From Nitrososphaeria archaeon (lineage in GTDB: Archaea; Thermoproteota; Nitrososphaeria; Conexivisphaerales; DTJL01), in the NCBI GenBank assembly GCA_029775965.1, contig JARVJU010000004.1, positions 26,524-90,523 of the forward strand: a DNA stretch of 64,000 nucleotides. The letters are read 5' to 3'. Below, piece after piece: positions 30,788 to 39,801 of this stretch. The position numbers were made by a program, and so were the translations under genes. A model generated the notes under the pieces. It saw only the letters and a program-made list of their open reading frames with translations. It made no database searches and had not been told where the DNA came from. Position 1 is the first letter of the stretch. Every line of letters starts with the position of its first letter.

Positions 30788-32353
30788 CTATTCTTCCATT
30801 CCTAAAGACTTTTTCAGAGAATCGACCTTCTGCCTGAACTGCTCTACTGTTACTCTTCCGGCTACTCTCTCTTCCAGCAAAAGACGAGCCTCTTTGTAGG
30901 CCTGTTCAATCTTCGCATCTTCGTTGGTTAACTTGTCAGTAGCCTGCCTAAGAGATTTATCCTTTTTTGCCCTGTTCCTGAAGTCATTTATTTTCGAAGA
31001 GATTTCACTTCTCTCTGATTCCAAGAGCTTTCTCTGGTCACTGTAATATGCATAAGGTATGAAACCTTCTCCTCTTAACCTTATATCGTCCAGCAAGCCA
31101 AGTATAATCGCCTTCTTCCTAGATATGATCTCCTCAACTTCACTTCCTTTTTTCTTTCGGACCAGGACTAGGTACACAGCTATAAATATTATAGCTGCCC
31201 CAAAAGCGACGGCAAGTGTAGGTCTGATTCCCCATGACCAAGGGATAGATGCTGTCAATTCAACAGAAGGCAGAGCTGTTATATTGTAAAAGCTGCTTGG
31301 AGTTAAGAACTCTGCACTGGAACCCTTTGGAAAGCTATAGTCTACGCTATACTTTTGTATATAATTGACGTAGCTAGGAATTCCTTGGTCTAATGATATC
31401 CTAACCCTTCCTGATGAATAACTCAGATCATCTTTAGGTAATGTGTACTGTATAACCAGTGTTGAAACGCTATTGTAAGGTATGGGAGAAGGAAGATTAA
31501 GCACTCCTTGGCTTAAAGAAGTAGGTGATGGATGTATAAGCCCCTGTCCAACATAAAATGTTCCAGTCAGAGGTTGTGTAAGATATATTGAAGAAAGCTC
31601 TGTTGTGTCCAAGTTCATAATTGTCACACTGTCTGTAACCATAAACCCGCCGTTTGATGTAAATTCGACTGTTCTTTCTACGCTCAGTATCCTGTATATA
31701 GCGAAGTCAGATGTACCCTGCGACACGAAAGAAAGATTGAATGAAAATGGTACGAACTTTGTTACATTTCCGTACGTATAGCTCCACAACTGATTGACAG
31801 ATGGCTGACTGGTAAAGTTGTATGAAGCTAAAGTTGCTGGGTTAATTACAGAGACGAATTGGGAAGAAGGCAAAGTTATCATACTTGTTGCTTTTGTCTC
31901 ATTTCCACCTGTGACCTTCACATCCGGTATCGAGAATACCTGAATGTTATAGACCCCTGTAATCGTCTCCTGAATAGCACCATTCAGCCTAATCGAAAGG
32001 CTTGGATGCCCAACAGTAAAGACAGTGCCAGTGAAGACTGTCCCATTATTGTTATAGGAGGGTTTTACGTCCATTCCTGTCTCGTTGTAAGACCATAACG
32101 AGCTGTATACATATCCTGGATAGACTATGCTTACTGGTACAGCTGGTGGTATAGAGACAGCAGAAGAATTTGAGAATGTCAAAGTGGTATTTAGGAAAAC
32201 CCATCCAAATCTATCTATTGCTATGCTCTGACTAACTGAGAATCCAAACTGTCCAGAGCCAGATATGGGCTGTTGCTGAGCTGCAGCTAAGGTGGAAAAT
32301 GATGAAGCAACGATCAATATGTTTATGAAAAGCAGCAGCAATGTATGCCTCAA
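30788..32353 (-). CDS. type I membrane glycoprotein, ribophorin I (OST1)-like candidate
   Basis: Signal peptide, a sequon-rich ectodomain of about 370 aa, one TM helix (LAVAFGAAIIFIAVYLVLV) and a charged coiled-coil tail of about 125 aa. Blocks ERTVEFTSNGGFMVTDSVTIMN, LVIQYTLP and EERVAGRVTVEQF resemble ribophorin I as I remember it. Confidence 0.45.
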   Translation of the reverse strand: MRHTLLLLFINILIVASSFSTLAAAQQQPISGSGQFGFSVSQSIAIDRFGWVFLNTTLTFSNSSAVSIPPAVPVSIVYPGYVYSSLWSYNETGMDVKPSYNNNGTVFTGTVFTVGHPSLSIRLNGAIQETITGVYNIQVFSIPDVKVTGGNETKATSMITLPSSQFVSVINPATLASYNFTSQPSVNQLWSYTYGNVTKFVPFSFNLSFVSQGTSDFAIYRILSVERTVEFTSNGGFMVTDSVTIMNLDTTELSSIYLTQPLTGTFYVGQGLIHPSPTSLSQGVLNLPSPIPYNSVSTLVIQYTLPKDDLSYSSGRVRISLDQGIPSYVNYIQKYSVDYSFPKGSSAEFLTPSSFYNITALPSVELTASIPWSWGIRPTLAVAFGAAIIFIAVYLVLVRKKKGSEVEEIISRKKAIILGLLDDIRLRGEGFIPYAYYSDQRKLLESERSEISSKINDFRNRAKKDKSLRQATDKLTNEDAKIEQAYKEARLLLEERVAGRVTVEQFRQKVDSLKKSLGMEE

Positions 32354-32473
32354 ACGTCTCTCTCAGCCCGCACGAACGAAACATTATTTATACATATTGG
32401 GGGTTCAAGTAGCCTTATCATTACAGAGACCTTTAGCTAAGCCTTAAAAGGGATTGCGTGCGACTATAAAAGT

Positions 32474-33856
32474 ATGAAAAAGTATTCCCATCTTTTGCCG
32501 AATGAGCTCAAGGTTGAAGATATGATGAAAATTCTTGGTATAAATAAGATAGAAAGTCTTTACGAAGATGTGCCGCAACAATCACTTCTGAAGGAGCTAC
32601 CGAAGATACCAGGTCCTTTTAGCCAGATGGAGATAGAAAGATTAACGAAGAATGTATTAAAGAATGTGAGTGTTCATCCTGATTCGCCATGCTTTCTTGG
32701 CGGTGGTATATGGCCTCACTACATACCTCCAGCCGTAGATGCGATATCGTCTAGGTCAGAGTTTTATACATCTTACACTCCCTACCAGCCTGAGGTTAGT
32801 CAGGGTATACTTCAGGCTCTGTTTGAATACCAGAGTATGATATGTGATCTTACTCATATGGACGCTGCTAATGCATCCATGTATGATTGGGCGACAGCAG
32901 CGGCAGAGGCTGCTCGTATGGCTATCAGAGTTACTAAAAGAAAAGACCTTCTTGTAGCTATGAATGCAGGATATGAAAGAAGGAGAGTGATTCAGACATA
33001 CCTCGAGCCTATAGCATCTCGCATATTACAGATTCCATACGATAAGAGGACAGGGCGTATCGATATGAAAGAGGCAGATAGGCTGATAAAAAGTGCAGAT
33101 GTGGCAGCAGTATATGTGGAGCAACCGAACTTCTTCGGGGCGATAGAAACTTCAATAAAGGAAATCTCCGAGCTTGTGCACTCTAGAGCAGGTTTGCTGA
33201 TTGTGGGGGTAGAGCCTACGAGTCTTGGTCTACTCAAGCCCCCCGGTGATTATGGTGCGGATATAGTGGTAGGGGAAGGGCAGCCTTTAGGTATCCCCAT
33301 GAATTATGGAGGCCCTTCTTTAGGAATATTTGCAGTTAAGGGCGATATCTCTTTCATAAGGCAGATGCCAGGGAGGATTATAGGGATTACCACTGAAAAG
33401 AAGTCAGAGAGAAAAGGGTATGTCATGGTACTCCAATCAAGAGAGCAGCACATTCGTAGAGAGAAGGCAACATCTAATATATGCACGAACCAAGCTCTTA
33501 TGGCTGTTAGAGCTGCTGCTTATATGGCGCTTCTGGGTCCACTGGGGTTTAGAAGGTTAAGCCAAGTTATAACATCAAACTCCCATTATACTGCCAAACT
33601 AATTCGAGAAACTAAAGAGTATGAAGCTCCTTACTTTGAATCAGAATTCTACAGCGATTTTACTATTCTTCCAACCACAAAAAAGACAAGGGGAAGAGCA
33701 CTGTATGAATATCTTACAAAAAGGGGGGTAAACGCCGCTCTCCCTTTGGATTGGTTCTACGAGGAATTGAAGGATGTTTCAATGATCTCTGTCACTGAAG
33801 TGCACCTCAAGGAGGATGTCAATAGGCTACTGAATTGTCTAGTGGAGGCAGAATAG
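32474..33856 (+). CDS. gcvPA: glycine dehydrogenase (decarboxylating), subunit 1
   Basis: YTPYQPEVSQGILQALFEYQ, ANASMYDWATA and REQHIRREKATSNICTNQAL. Confidence 0.9.
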   Translation: MKKYSHLLPNELKVEDMMKILGINKIESLYEDVPQQSLLKELPKIPGPFSQMEIERLTKNVLKNVSVHPDSPCFLGGGIWPHYIPPAVDAISSRSEFYTSYTPYQPEVSQGILQALFEYQSMICDLTHMDAANASMYDWATAAAEAARMAIRVTKRKDLLVAMNAGYERRRVIQTYLEPIASRILQIPYDKRTGRIDMKEADRLIKSADVAAVYVEQPNFFGAIETSIKEISELVHSRAGLLIVGVEPTSLGLLKPPGDYGADIVVGEGQPLGIPMNYGGPSLGIFAVKGDISFIRQMPGRIIGITTEKKSERKGYVMVLQSREQHIRREKATSNICTNQALMAVRAAAYMALLGPLGFRRLSQVITSNSHYTAKLIRETKEYEAPYFESEFYSDFTILPTTKKTRGRALYEYLTKRGVNAALPLDWFYEELKDVSMISVTEVHLKEDVNRLLNCLVEAE

Positions 33857-33860
33857 TAAA

Positions 33861-35351
33861 TTGGTCTACAGACAGGCGGCTTGGGATGAAAAGCTTCTAA
33901 AAGAATACTCAAGTAAAGGAAGGACAGGATTTGTTCCACCTGACCCAATCGGCGAGGAAGTAGAATTATCTATACCAAAGGAATTGAAGAGGGATGATGT
34001 AGAGCTGCCATCTTTGACAGAATTGCAGGTCATTAGGCACTTTGTCAGACTTTCCCAGATGAATTATTCGGTAGACACAGGAATGTATCCTCTTGGCAGC
34101 TGCACGATGAAGTATAACCCAAAACTCAATGAAAAAATAGCATCAGATCCGAAGATAAATGACGCCCATCCTTATCAGCATCATTCTACTGTCCAGGGGA
34201 TACTTTCAATCTTATTCGACCTTTCGAACTGGCTGGCTGAGATATCTGGAACGGACAAAGTCAGCCTTCTTCCTGCTGCAGGAGCTCATGGGGAATTCGT
34301 AGGGGTGCTCATGATTAGAAAGTACCACCAAGCTAACGGAAGAAGCGATAAGACCCAAATCATTATACCCGATTCTGCTCATGGCACAAATCCAGCTAGT
34401 GCCGCAATGGCAGGATTTGATGTGGTGACAGTACCTAGCAATGCAAACGGACTGGTTGACATGGAGAAGCTAAAAGGATTGGTAGGGCCTAAAACGGCAG
34501 GTATGATGATGACGGTTCCTAATACTCTTGGTCTGTTCGAGAAGGACGTTCTTGCTATATCAAAGCTCATACATGACAACGGAGGATTGATGTACTATGA
34601 TGGTGCAAATATGAATGCAATACTGGGTCGTGTAAGGCCTGGAGACCTTGGGTTCGACATAGTTCATATGAATATACATAAAACATTCTCTACACCGCAT
34701 GGCGGTGGAGGCCCAGGCTCTGGTCCTGTAGGAGTAAAGTCATTCCTTGCAGATTACCTGCCTGTCCCCCGGCTTGTAAAAAAAGAAAATACCTACACAT
34801 GGGTCTATGATTCTCCCAATACAATAGGATTTATCAAAGGATGTTATGGCAACATAGGTGTTTTGGTTCGTGCCTTTGCCTATCTACTCACCCTAGGTCC
34901 TAAAGGTCTTCTAGATGTTTCTTCCCAGGCAGTGCTCTCATCGAACTACCTGATGAAGAAACTTGACCCTACACACTATAGCTTACCATTCGCAAAGGAT
35001 GTGCCAAGGAAGCACGAGTTTGTTGTTTCCGCAAGACCCCTTGTTGATAAAGGTGGCAGCGCTCTGAAGGTGTCAAAAGCTATACTTGACTATGGCCTTC
35101 ACTCACCCACCGTATACTTTCCGCTGATAGTAAATGAAGCACTTATGGTAGAGCCCTCTGAGTCCGAGCCTGTTGAAAACTTGGATGAGTACGCTATGGT
35201 AATGAACGAAATAGGCGATACACTGTCTCGTGATCCTTCAAGGCTTGATGATGCTCCTAAAAATACAGCTGTGGCAAGCCTCGATGAAGCAAAGGCGTCT
35301 CATCCACTTACCATAGCTCTAAACTGGAAGAAGATAGCAGGCAAAGAATAA
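33861..35351 (+). CDS. gcvPB: glycine dehydrogenase (decarboxylating), subunit 2 (PLP-binding)
   Basis: YPLGSCTMKYNP and NIHKTFSTPHGGGGPG (PLP lysine context). TTG start lies 5 nt after the gcvPA stop. Confidence 0.9.
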   Translation: MVYRQAAWDEKLLKEYSSKGRTGFVPPDPIGEEVELSIPKELKRDDVELPSLTELQVIRHFVRLSQMNYSVDTGMYPLGSCTMKYNPKLNEKIASDPKINDAHPYQHHSTVQGILSILFDLSNWLAEISGTDKVSLLPAAGAHGEFVGVLMIRKYHQANGRSDKTQIIIPDSAHGTNPASAAMAGFDVVTVPSNANGLVDMEKLKGLVGPKTAGMMMTVPNTLGLFEKDVLAISKLIHDNGGLMYYDGANMNAILGRVRPGDLGFDIVHMNIHKTFSTPHGGGGPGSGPVGVKSFLADYLPVPRLVKKENTYTWVYDSPNTIGFIKGCYGNIGVLVRAFAYLLTLGPKGLLDVSSQAVLSSNYLMKKLDPTHYSLPFAKDVPRKHEFVVSARPLVDKGGSALKVSKAILDYGLHSPTVYFPLIVNEALMVEPSESEPVENLDEYAMVMNEIGDTLSRDPSRLDDAPKNTAVASLDEAKASHPLTIALNWKKIAGKE

Positions 35352-35462
35352 TTCTACTGGGTCAAAAATTTTACATTGCTTGTTAACTAGTTATGAGTGT
35401 TTGTTGTTAAATCATTGGGTTGATAAACCAGATGTCTGCAAGTGACCAATGGTTTGTCGTCC

Positions 35463-36389
35463 ATGGAGGGGAAGACTCTGCTCGTTGGTGTAGGCAGGTC
35501 GGGGTGCAAGATAGTTCAGGAAATAAAGCAGTATAATACAGAGGTTGATACGTATTATGTTACAACAGAGCAGAAATATCTACCATCAAAAAACGATTTT
35601 CTTGATTGGAGGAGGCTCGATGAGGACTCTATCAGGGGTATCTTTGCAAACATCTTAGATGGAACAAATCAGGTCGTCGTCTTTGGAGGGCTTGGTGGCA
35701 GGTCGGGGTCATTGCTCATTCCTCGGGTTGTATCAGCTGTAAGAGGCCTTGAAATAAACTGCTGTGCAATTGTGCTTCTCCCCTTTGAACATCAGTCAGA
35801 TATGGAATATACAGCAGGTGCGTCTCTTGCCAGGATTAGAAAGAAGGCGAGTTCTCTTATCATAATAGATAGGCAGCAGTTTGTGGAGGAAAGTTTCGAT
35901 GAACTTCCATTGGAGAAGGTTTACGAAGGGATAAACTCAAAAATAGCGAATATTGTGGCATCTCTCCTCAAAGAGGATAGCAGAATTTTTGAATCATTAA
36001 TGGGCGGGGAGACGATCCTTGAGATCAAGGATGCTGGAGAAGGATTTTCTAAAGCAGTTTCATCGATAACAAGGAGGGTAGTAGAACAGATAAAAGATGA
36101 TACTGACAATTTACTAGTTGTATCTAGTGGTAATAGACCGACTACATTAGGTGGATCCAAGTATCTTTTGAACGGTTTCAGAAGCCTTGTGTCCCAAAAT
36201 GCAAAGGTAAGATATATCAACGCAGCACAGCAGAACCACGAATCCTTAATAGCTGTGCTCGCCCATTCACAAGGGGGTATAAAGCTCCGAGTCTATGACC
36301 CTGTGGACGAGATCCTGGGCGATAAGTCCATAGATGATGACCCAGAAAGCGGGTTTCATATTCCTCTAATGATAGAACGAATAGACTAA
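35463..36389 (+). CDS. divergent FtsZ/tubulin-superfamily protein with degenerate GTPase motifs
   Basis: Collinear with FtsZ. LLVGVGRSGCKIV aligns with the T1 loop GGGGNN. VVVFGGLGGRSGSLLIP aligns with the T4 loop GGGTGTG. IVLLPFEHQ and SLIIIDRQQF also align, and a C-terminal domain is present. The T3 and T7 loops are not recognisable. Confidence 0.55.
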   Translation: MEGKTLLVGVGRSGCKIVQEIKQYNTEVDTYYVTTEQKYLPSKNDFLDWRRLDEDSIRGIFANILDGTNQVVVFGGLGGRSGSLLIPRVVSAVRGLEINCCAIVLLPFEHQSDMEYTAGASLARIRKKASSLIIIDRQQFVEESFDELPLEKVYEGINSKIANIVASLLKEDSRIFESLMGGETILEIKDAGEGFSKAVSSITRRVVEQIKDDTDNLLVVSSGNRPTTLGGSKYLLNGFRSLVSQNAKVRYINAAQQNHESLIAVLAHSQGGIKLRVYDPVDEILGDKSIDDDPESGFHIPLMIERID

Positions 36390-36390
36390 A

Positions 36391-36720
36391 TCAAGAAACT
36401 TTGGTACCCTCTGGCACATCCTTCTCGGGTCTTAGATAAGCCAGATTTTTATTATCATAAGCAGCTAGAATCATCACCTCTGACTGCAAACCGAATATCT
36501 TTCTTGGCGGGAGGTTGGTGATCACAGCTATCTCCTTTCCTTTTAGTTCTTCCGGATTGTAAAATTCAGCTATGCCTGAAATAGCCGTACTTATCTTCTC
36601 TCCTAAGTTTATTCTAAGCTCGAGAAGCTTCTTTGAACCCGTAACCTGTTTTGCATCAACTATCCTTCCTATCCTAATATCCAGTTTCTGAAATTCTTCG
36701 AATGGAAATACAGATGACAT
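36391..36720 (-). CDS. tRNA-binding domain protein (CsaA/Trbp111-like)
   Basis: FQKLDIRIGRIVDAKQV..KLLELRINLG...AVITNLPPRKIFGLQSEVMILA is a typical OB-fold tRNA-binding domain. Confidence 0.75.
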   Translation of the reverse strand: MSSVFPFEEFQKLDIRIGRIVDAKQVTGSKKLLELRINLGEKISTAISGIAEFYNPEELKGKEIAVITNLPPRKIFGLQSEVMILAAYDNKNLAYLRPEKDVPEGTKVS

Positions 36721-36877
36721 TATGCATAACATTGTCTTCTGGATTTTTAAGCTTACCTTGGCAGAATATTTCTAAACTTCTTATAATTGAACTAGCAATA
36801 GTGCAAACTGACTTCTTGCTTGCGGGTTCTTCATGGCAGGTAATACTTATGTTGAATGATGCCTTAGTGATGTACAA

Positions 36878-37090
36878 GTGAACTACACCGCCCTTGCAGA
36901 TGTGGCTTCTGCCACATCCGTTTGTTTGGAGCTTCTCGCTTCAATGGAGATGCTCTCTTTCATCCCCTCGCCAAGGAGACTCCTCTCTGACGGGGATAAA
37001 AGATGGCATGAATACAGCAACCAGAAATCTAAGAACTCTTACGAATTATATAAAAAAAGGTTTTAAAGCATTGTCGAAATGCCATAGCAT
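36878..37090 (-). mobile_element. solo IS200/IS605 right-end (omega-RNA-like) relic with no tnpB
   Basis: On the minus strand it ends ...GGCAGAAGCCACATCTGCAAGGGCGGTGTAGTTCAC at 36878. Upstream blocks (GATGA.., TGAAGCGAGAAGC) resemble the 61553-61744 copy. The ORF-track ORFs here look spurious. Confidence 0.5.
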
Positions 37091-37095
37091 AGGCT

Positions 37096-37506
37096 ATGCT
37101 TAGCTACAAGGAGCTGCTGGACAGAGTAAAGGATCAGTTGCAAAGGGAAGCTACAAAAAGGGTGAGTAGGCTTGTCCTGCCTGAACCGGACGTCAGATTC
37201 GTAGGTAACAGAACATATCTGTACAACTTTAAGCAGATTACTGATGCTATAAGAAGGAATCCAGATAAAGTACTGATGTACCTAGCTAGGGAATTAGCTA
37301 CTGCTGCTTCTATGGATCAGGAAGGAAGAGCAATATTCATAGGCAGGAAGAGCAAAGATTCGTTCAGAGTTCTGATAGAGAGATATGTTATGGATAATGT
37401 TATCTGTCCTGTATGTGGTAGCCCGGATACACATATTGAGAAAGTCAAGAAAGTGACAATGCTTGTCTGTGAAGCATGTGGTGCAAAGAGTCCTATAAAG
37501 GGTTAG
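37096..37506 (+). CDS. translation initiation factor aIF2, beta subunit
   Basis: YKELLDR, FVGNRTYLYNF and the C-terminal zinc ribbon CPVCGSPDT...CEACGA. Confidence 0.9.
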   Translation: MLSYKELLDRVKDQLQREATKRVSRLVLPEPDVRFVGNRTYLYNFKQITDAIRRNPDKVLMYLARELATAASMDQEGRAIFIGRKSKDSFRVLIERYVMDNVICPVCGSPDTHIEKVKKVTMLVCEACGAKSPIKG

Positions 37507-37512
37507 CAGATT

Positions 37513-37821
37513 ATGGCTCAGAACTACATAATGCGATCCATGAAATTTGAAGGAGCACTGATGGTTAACGTCTGCGACGAAGAATTAGTAGGAAAGAGGC
37601 TGGTCGAGGGGAGGCTGAGCATAACCATTGATGGCAGGTATTTCAACGGCGAAGTAGTGAACGAACAGGCAGCTGTAAGAATGCTAAAGAGCTGTGATAT
37701 AGCAAACCTGGTTGGTCAGAGAATTATATCTAAAGCTGTGAAAGAGAATCTTGCGGATCCTAGAGCTGTGAGGTTCATAGACGGAGTACCTTTCCTTATG
37801 ATCTATAAATTCAGCGCTTAA
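37513..37821 (+). CDS. DUF424-like protein (commonly linked to aIF2-beta in archaea)
   Basis: 102 aa. MVNVCDEELVGK..ITIDGRYFNGE pattern. The position directly downstream of aIF2-beta fits. Confidence 0.5.
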   Translation: MAQNYIMRSMKFEGALMVNVCDEELVGKRLVEGRLSITIDGRYFNGEVVNEQAAVRMLKSCDIANLVGQRIISKAVKENLADPRAVRFIDGVPFLMIYKFSA

Positions 37822-37869
37822 CTTCAGTTAAGTTTATTACATGACAAATAAGTAAACATACCGATACTG

Positions 37870-38181
37870 ATGGGGAAAAGAAAGGTTCTGAGTGAGGAAG
37901 CACTAAAAGAGCTCGTCCTACCGGAGAAGGGTGAGATGCTTGGTAGAGTAGCCAAGCTCATGGGAAGTGACCATATTATGGTGCAATGTGCAGATGGAAA
38001 GGCTAGACTTGGAAGAATAAGAGGAAAGCTGAAGAGAAGAATTTGGATAAGGGAAGGGGATGTAGTGCTTGTTGCTCCTTGGGACTTTAAGACTGATGAG
38101 AGATGCGATATCCTATGGAGATACACTGTTGCGCAGGTGGATTACCTAAGGGATAAAGGTTACCTCCCTAAGGAGCTTTAA
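37870..38181 (+). CDS. eif1a: translation initiation factor aIF1A
   Basis: LPEKGEMLGRV..LMGSDHIMVQCADGKARLGRIRGKLKRRIWIREGDVVLVAPWDF is the S1-like OB fold. Confidence 0.95.
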   Translation: MGKRKVLSEEALKELVLPEKGEMLGRVAKLMGSDHIMVQCADGKARLGRIRGKLKRRIWIREGDVVLVAPWDFKTDERCDILWRYTVAQVDYLRDKGYLPKEL

Positions 38182-38185
38182 TCTG

Positions 38186-38965
38186 TTGAATGATAGAGCA
38201 AAAATAGAAGAAAGGACAGCTAGAGACCTTTTTAGAATAGAGAAAGAGTCAAGATATCTGATAAAGAGATCAGAAGAGGAAGAAGCTCTTGAAGCTGTAT
38301 TCGACAGACAGACTTTGTTCACCCTCTACTCGATGATAAACAGGGGCATAATAGACTACCTTAATGGGGTTGTCAGAGCGGGGAAAGAAGCCAGAGTGTA
38401 CTGGGGTGTAAAGGGAGATTCTGACCTAGCCGTGAAGATATTTTACACATCCACCGCCCCTTTTAAGAGAAGAGCAATCTACATAACAGCAGATCCAAGG
38501 TTCAAAGGGATAAAAAGTTTTGGTAGAGCAATGCTTATGGCTTGGGTTAGAAAAGAATTCAAAAATCTCAAGCAGGCTGAAGATGGGGGCGTAAGGGTTC
38601 CACATCCTGTTTATTGTGAGCGAAATATTCTTGTCATGGAGTTCATAGGTGAGAAAGGTATCCCTGCAAAGACACTCTCTGAGCTATCAAACATAACGCA
38701 AAAGGATTACAGGGCGGTGATCAACAGTATCGAGAAGCTGTATAATTATGCTAAAATAGTGCACAGCGACCTGTCAGAGTATAATATCTTTAAGTTCAAA
38801 AAACAGATTATTTTGTTTGATTTTGGCTCAGCGGTAGATATTGCACACCCTATGGCTGAAGAGTTTCTAGTTAGGGATATCAAAACAATAAACAGGTTCT
38901 TTAAGAAGTTTGACATAGAGGTTTATGAACCGGAAACCCTGTTAAGGAAGGTTGGTCTGCTATGA
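38186..38965 (+). CDS. rio1: RIO-type serine protein kinase (Rio1)
   Basis: GKEARVYWG, AVKIFYTS, LVMEFIG, VHSDLSEYNI and LFDFGSAV. Confidence 0.9.
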   Translation: MNDRAKIEERTARDLFRIEKESRYLIKRSEEEEALEAVFDRQTLFTLYSMINRGIIDYLNGVVRAGKEARVYWGVKGDSDLAVKIFYTSTAPFKRRAIYITADPRFKGIKSFGRAMLMAWVRKEFKNLKQAEDGGVRVPHPVYCERNILVMEFIGEKGIPAKTLSELSNITQKDYRAVINSIEKLYNYAKIVHSDLSEYNIFKFKKQIILFDFGSAVDIAHPMAEEFLVRDIKTINRFFKKFDIEVYEPETLLRKVGLL

Positions 38966-39576
38966 GCTTCGAACAGGCAATAAGAATACCAAAAGAAAGA
39001 TTAGGTGTGCTGATCGGGAAAAGCGGAGAGACAAAGAAGAGTATAGAGGAGGAATTTGGTGTAAAGATAGATGTGGATAGCAGGAGTGGGGACATAATCA
39101 TTAAAAACGCAAAAAGTCTGTCTGAATCTGATCCTTCCAAAGCACGTCAGATAGTGGAGGCTATAGGCAGGGGATTCTCTCCCAAAAGAGCTTTGAAGCT
39201 AAGGCAGCCCGAAATCTACCTTCAGGTTATAGATCTTAGAGAATATGCAGGAAAATCAAGAAATTCTCTGGAGAGAATAAAGGGAAGACTGATAGGTATG
39301 CAGGGAAAGGCGAGAAGGGTTATTGAGGAGCTGACAGGGGCATATATATCTGTATATGGGCATAGCGCAGCCGTAATAGGCTCAAAGGACCAGCTCAGGT
39401 TAGCTGATCTTTCTCTCAGACAGCTTGCTTCAGGAAGCGAGCACAAAGTGGTTTATGCAGAGCTACAGAGGGAAAGGACAAAGGCAAAAATGGAAAGGCT
39501 GAAACTCTGGGAAGACCAGACAGAGCAGTACTCAGGCTCTCTTCATGGTTCCGTTAACTCTTCTTTGATGAATTAA
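38962..39576 (+). CDS. KH-domain RNA-binding protein (Dim2/Pno1-like)
   Basis: Two KH modules (IPKERLGVLIGKSGETKKSIEE and RIKGRLIGMQGKARRVIEE). Sits in the conserved aIF1A-Rio1-KH gene order. Confidence 0.8.
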   Translation: MSFEQAIRIPKERLGVLIGKSGETKKSIEEEFGVKIDVDSRSGDIIIKNAKSLSESDPSKARQIVEAIGRGFSPKRALKLRQPEIYLQVIDLREYAGKSRNSLERIKGRLIGMQGKARRVIEELTGAYISVYGHSAAVIGSKDQLRLADLSLRQLASGSEHKVVYAELQRERTKAKMERLKLWEDQTEQYSGSLHGSVNSSLMN

Positions 39577-39801
39577 CTTTCATGCACAGGCTTTGCATCT
39601 CTTGATACTTCATTTAGTCTTTAGGCTGTTATATTTCTCTTAAAATATGATTCTACAGCTCCTATGGGTGGATTTTGTCCTTTCATTCCCTTTGCTTTAT
39701 TCTATAAACTGCATACTTAGCCTTTACTGGTATGATGTAGGAGCCAATATTTCCCTTTCATTTAAATAATAGACTGTGCTATAACCAATAAAGGTGTCTT
39801 T

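Noticed and set aside
36878-37103. Two overlapping plus-strand ORFs of 62 and 69 aa.
   Set aside because: They lie on the antisense strand of the solo IS right-end relic and overlap each other in different frames. They have no homology-like features.
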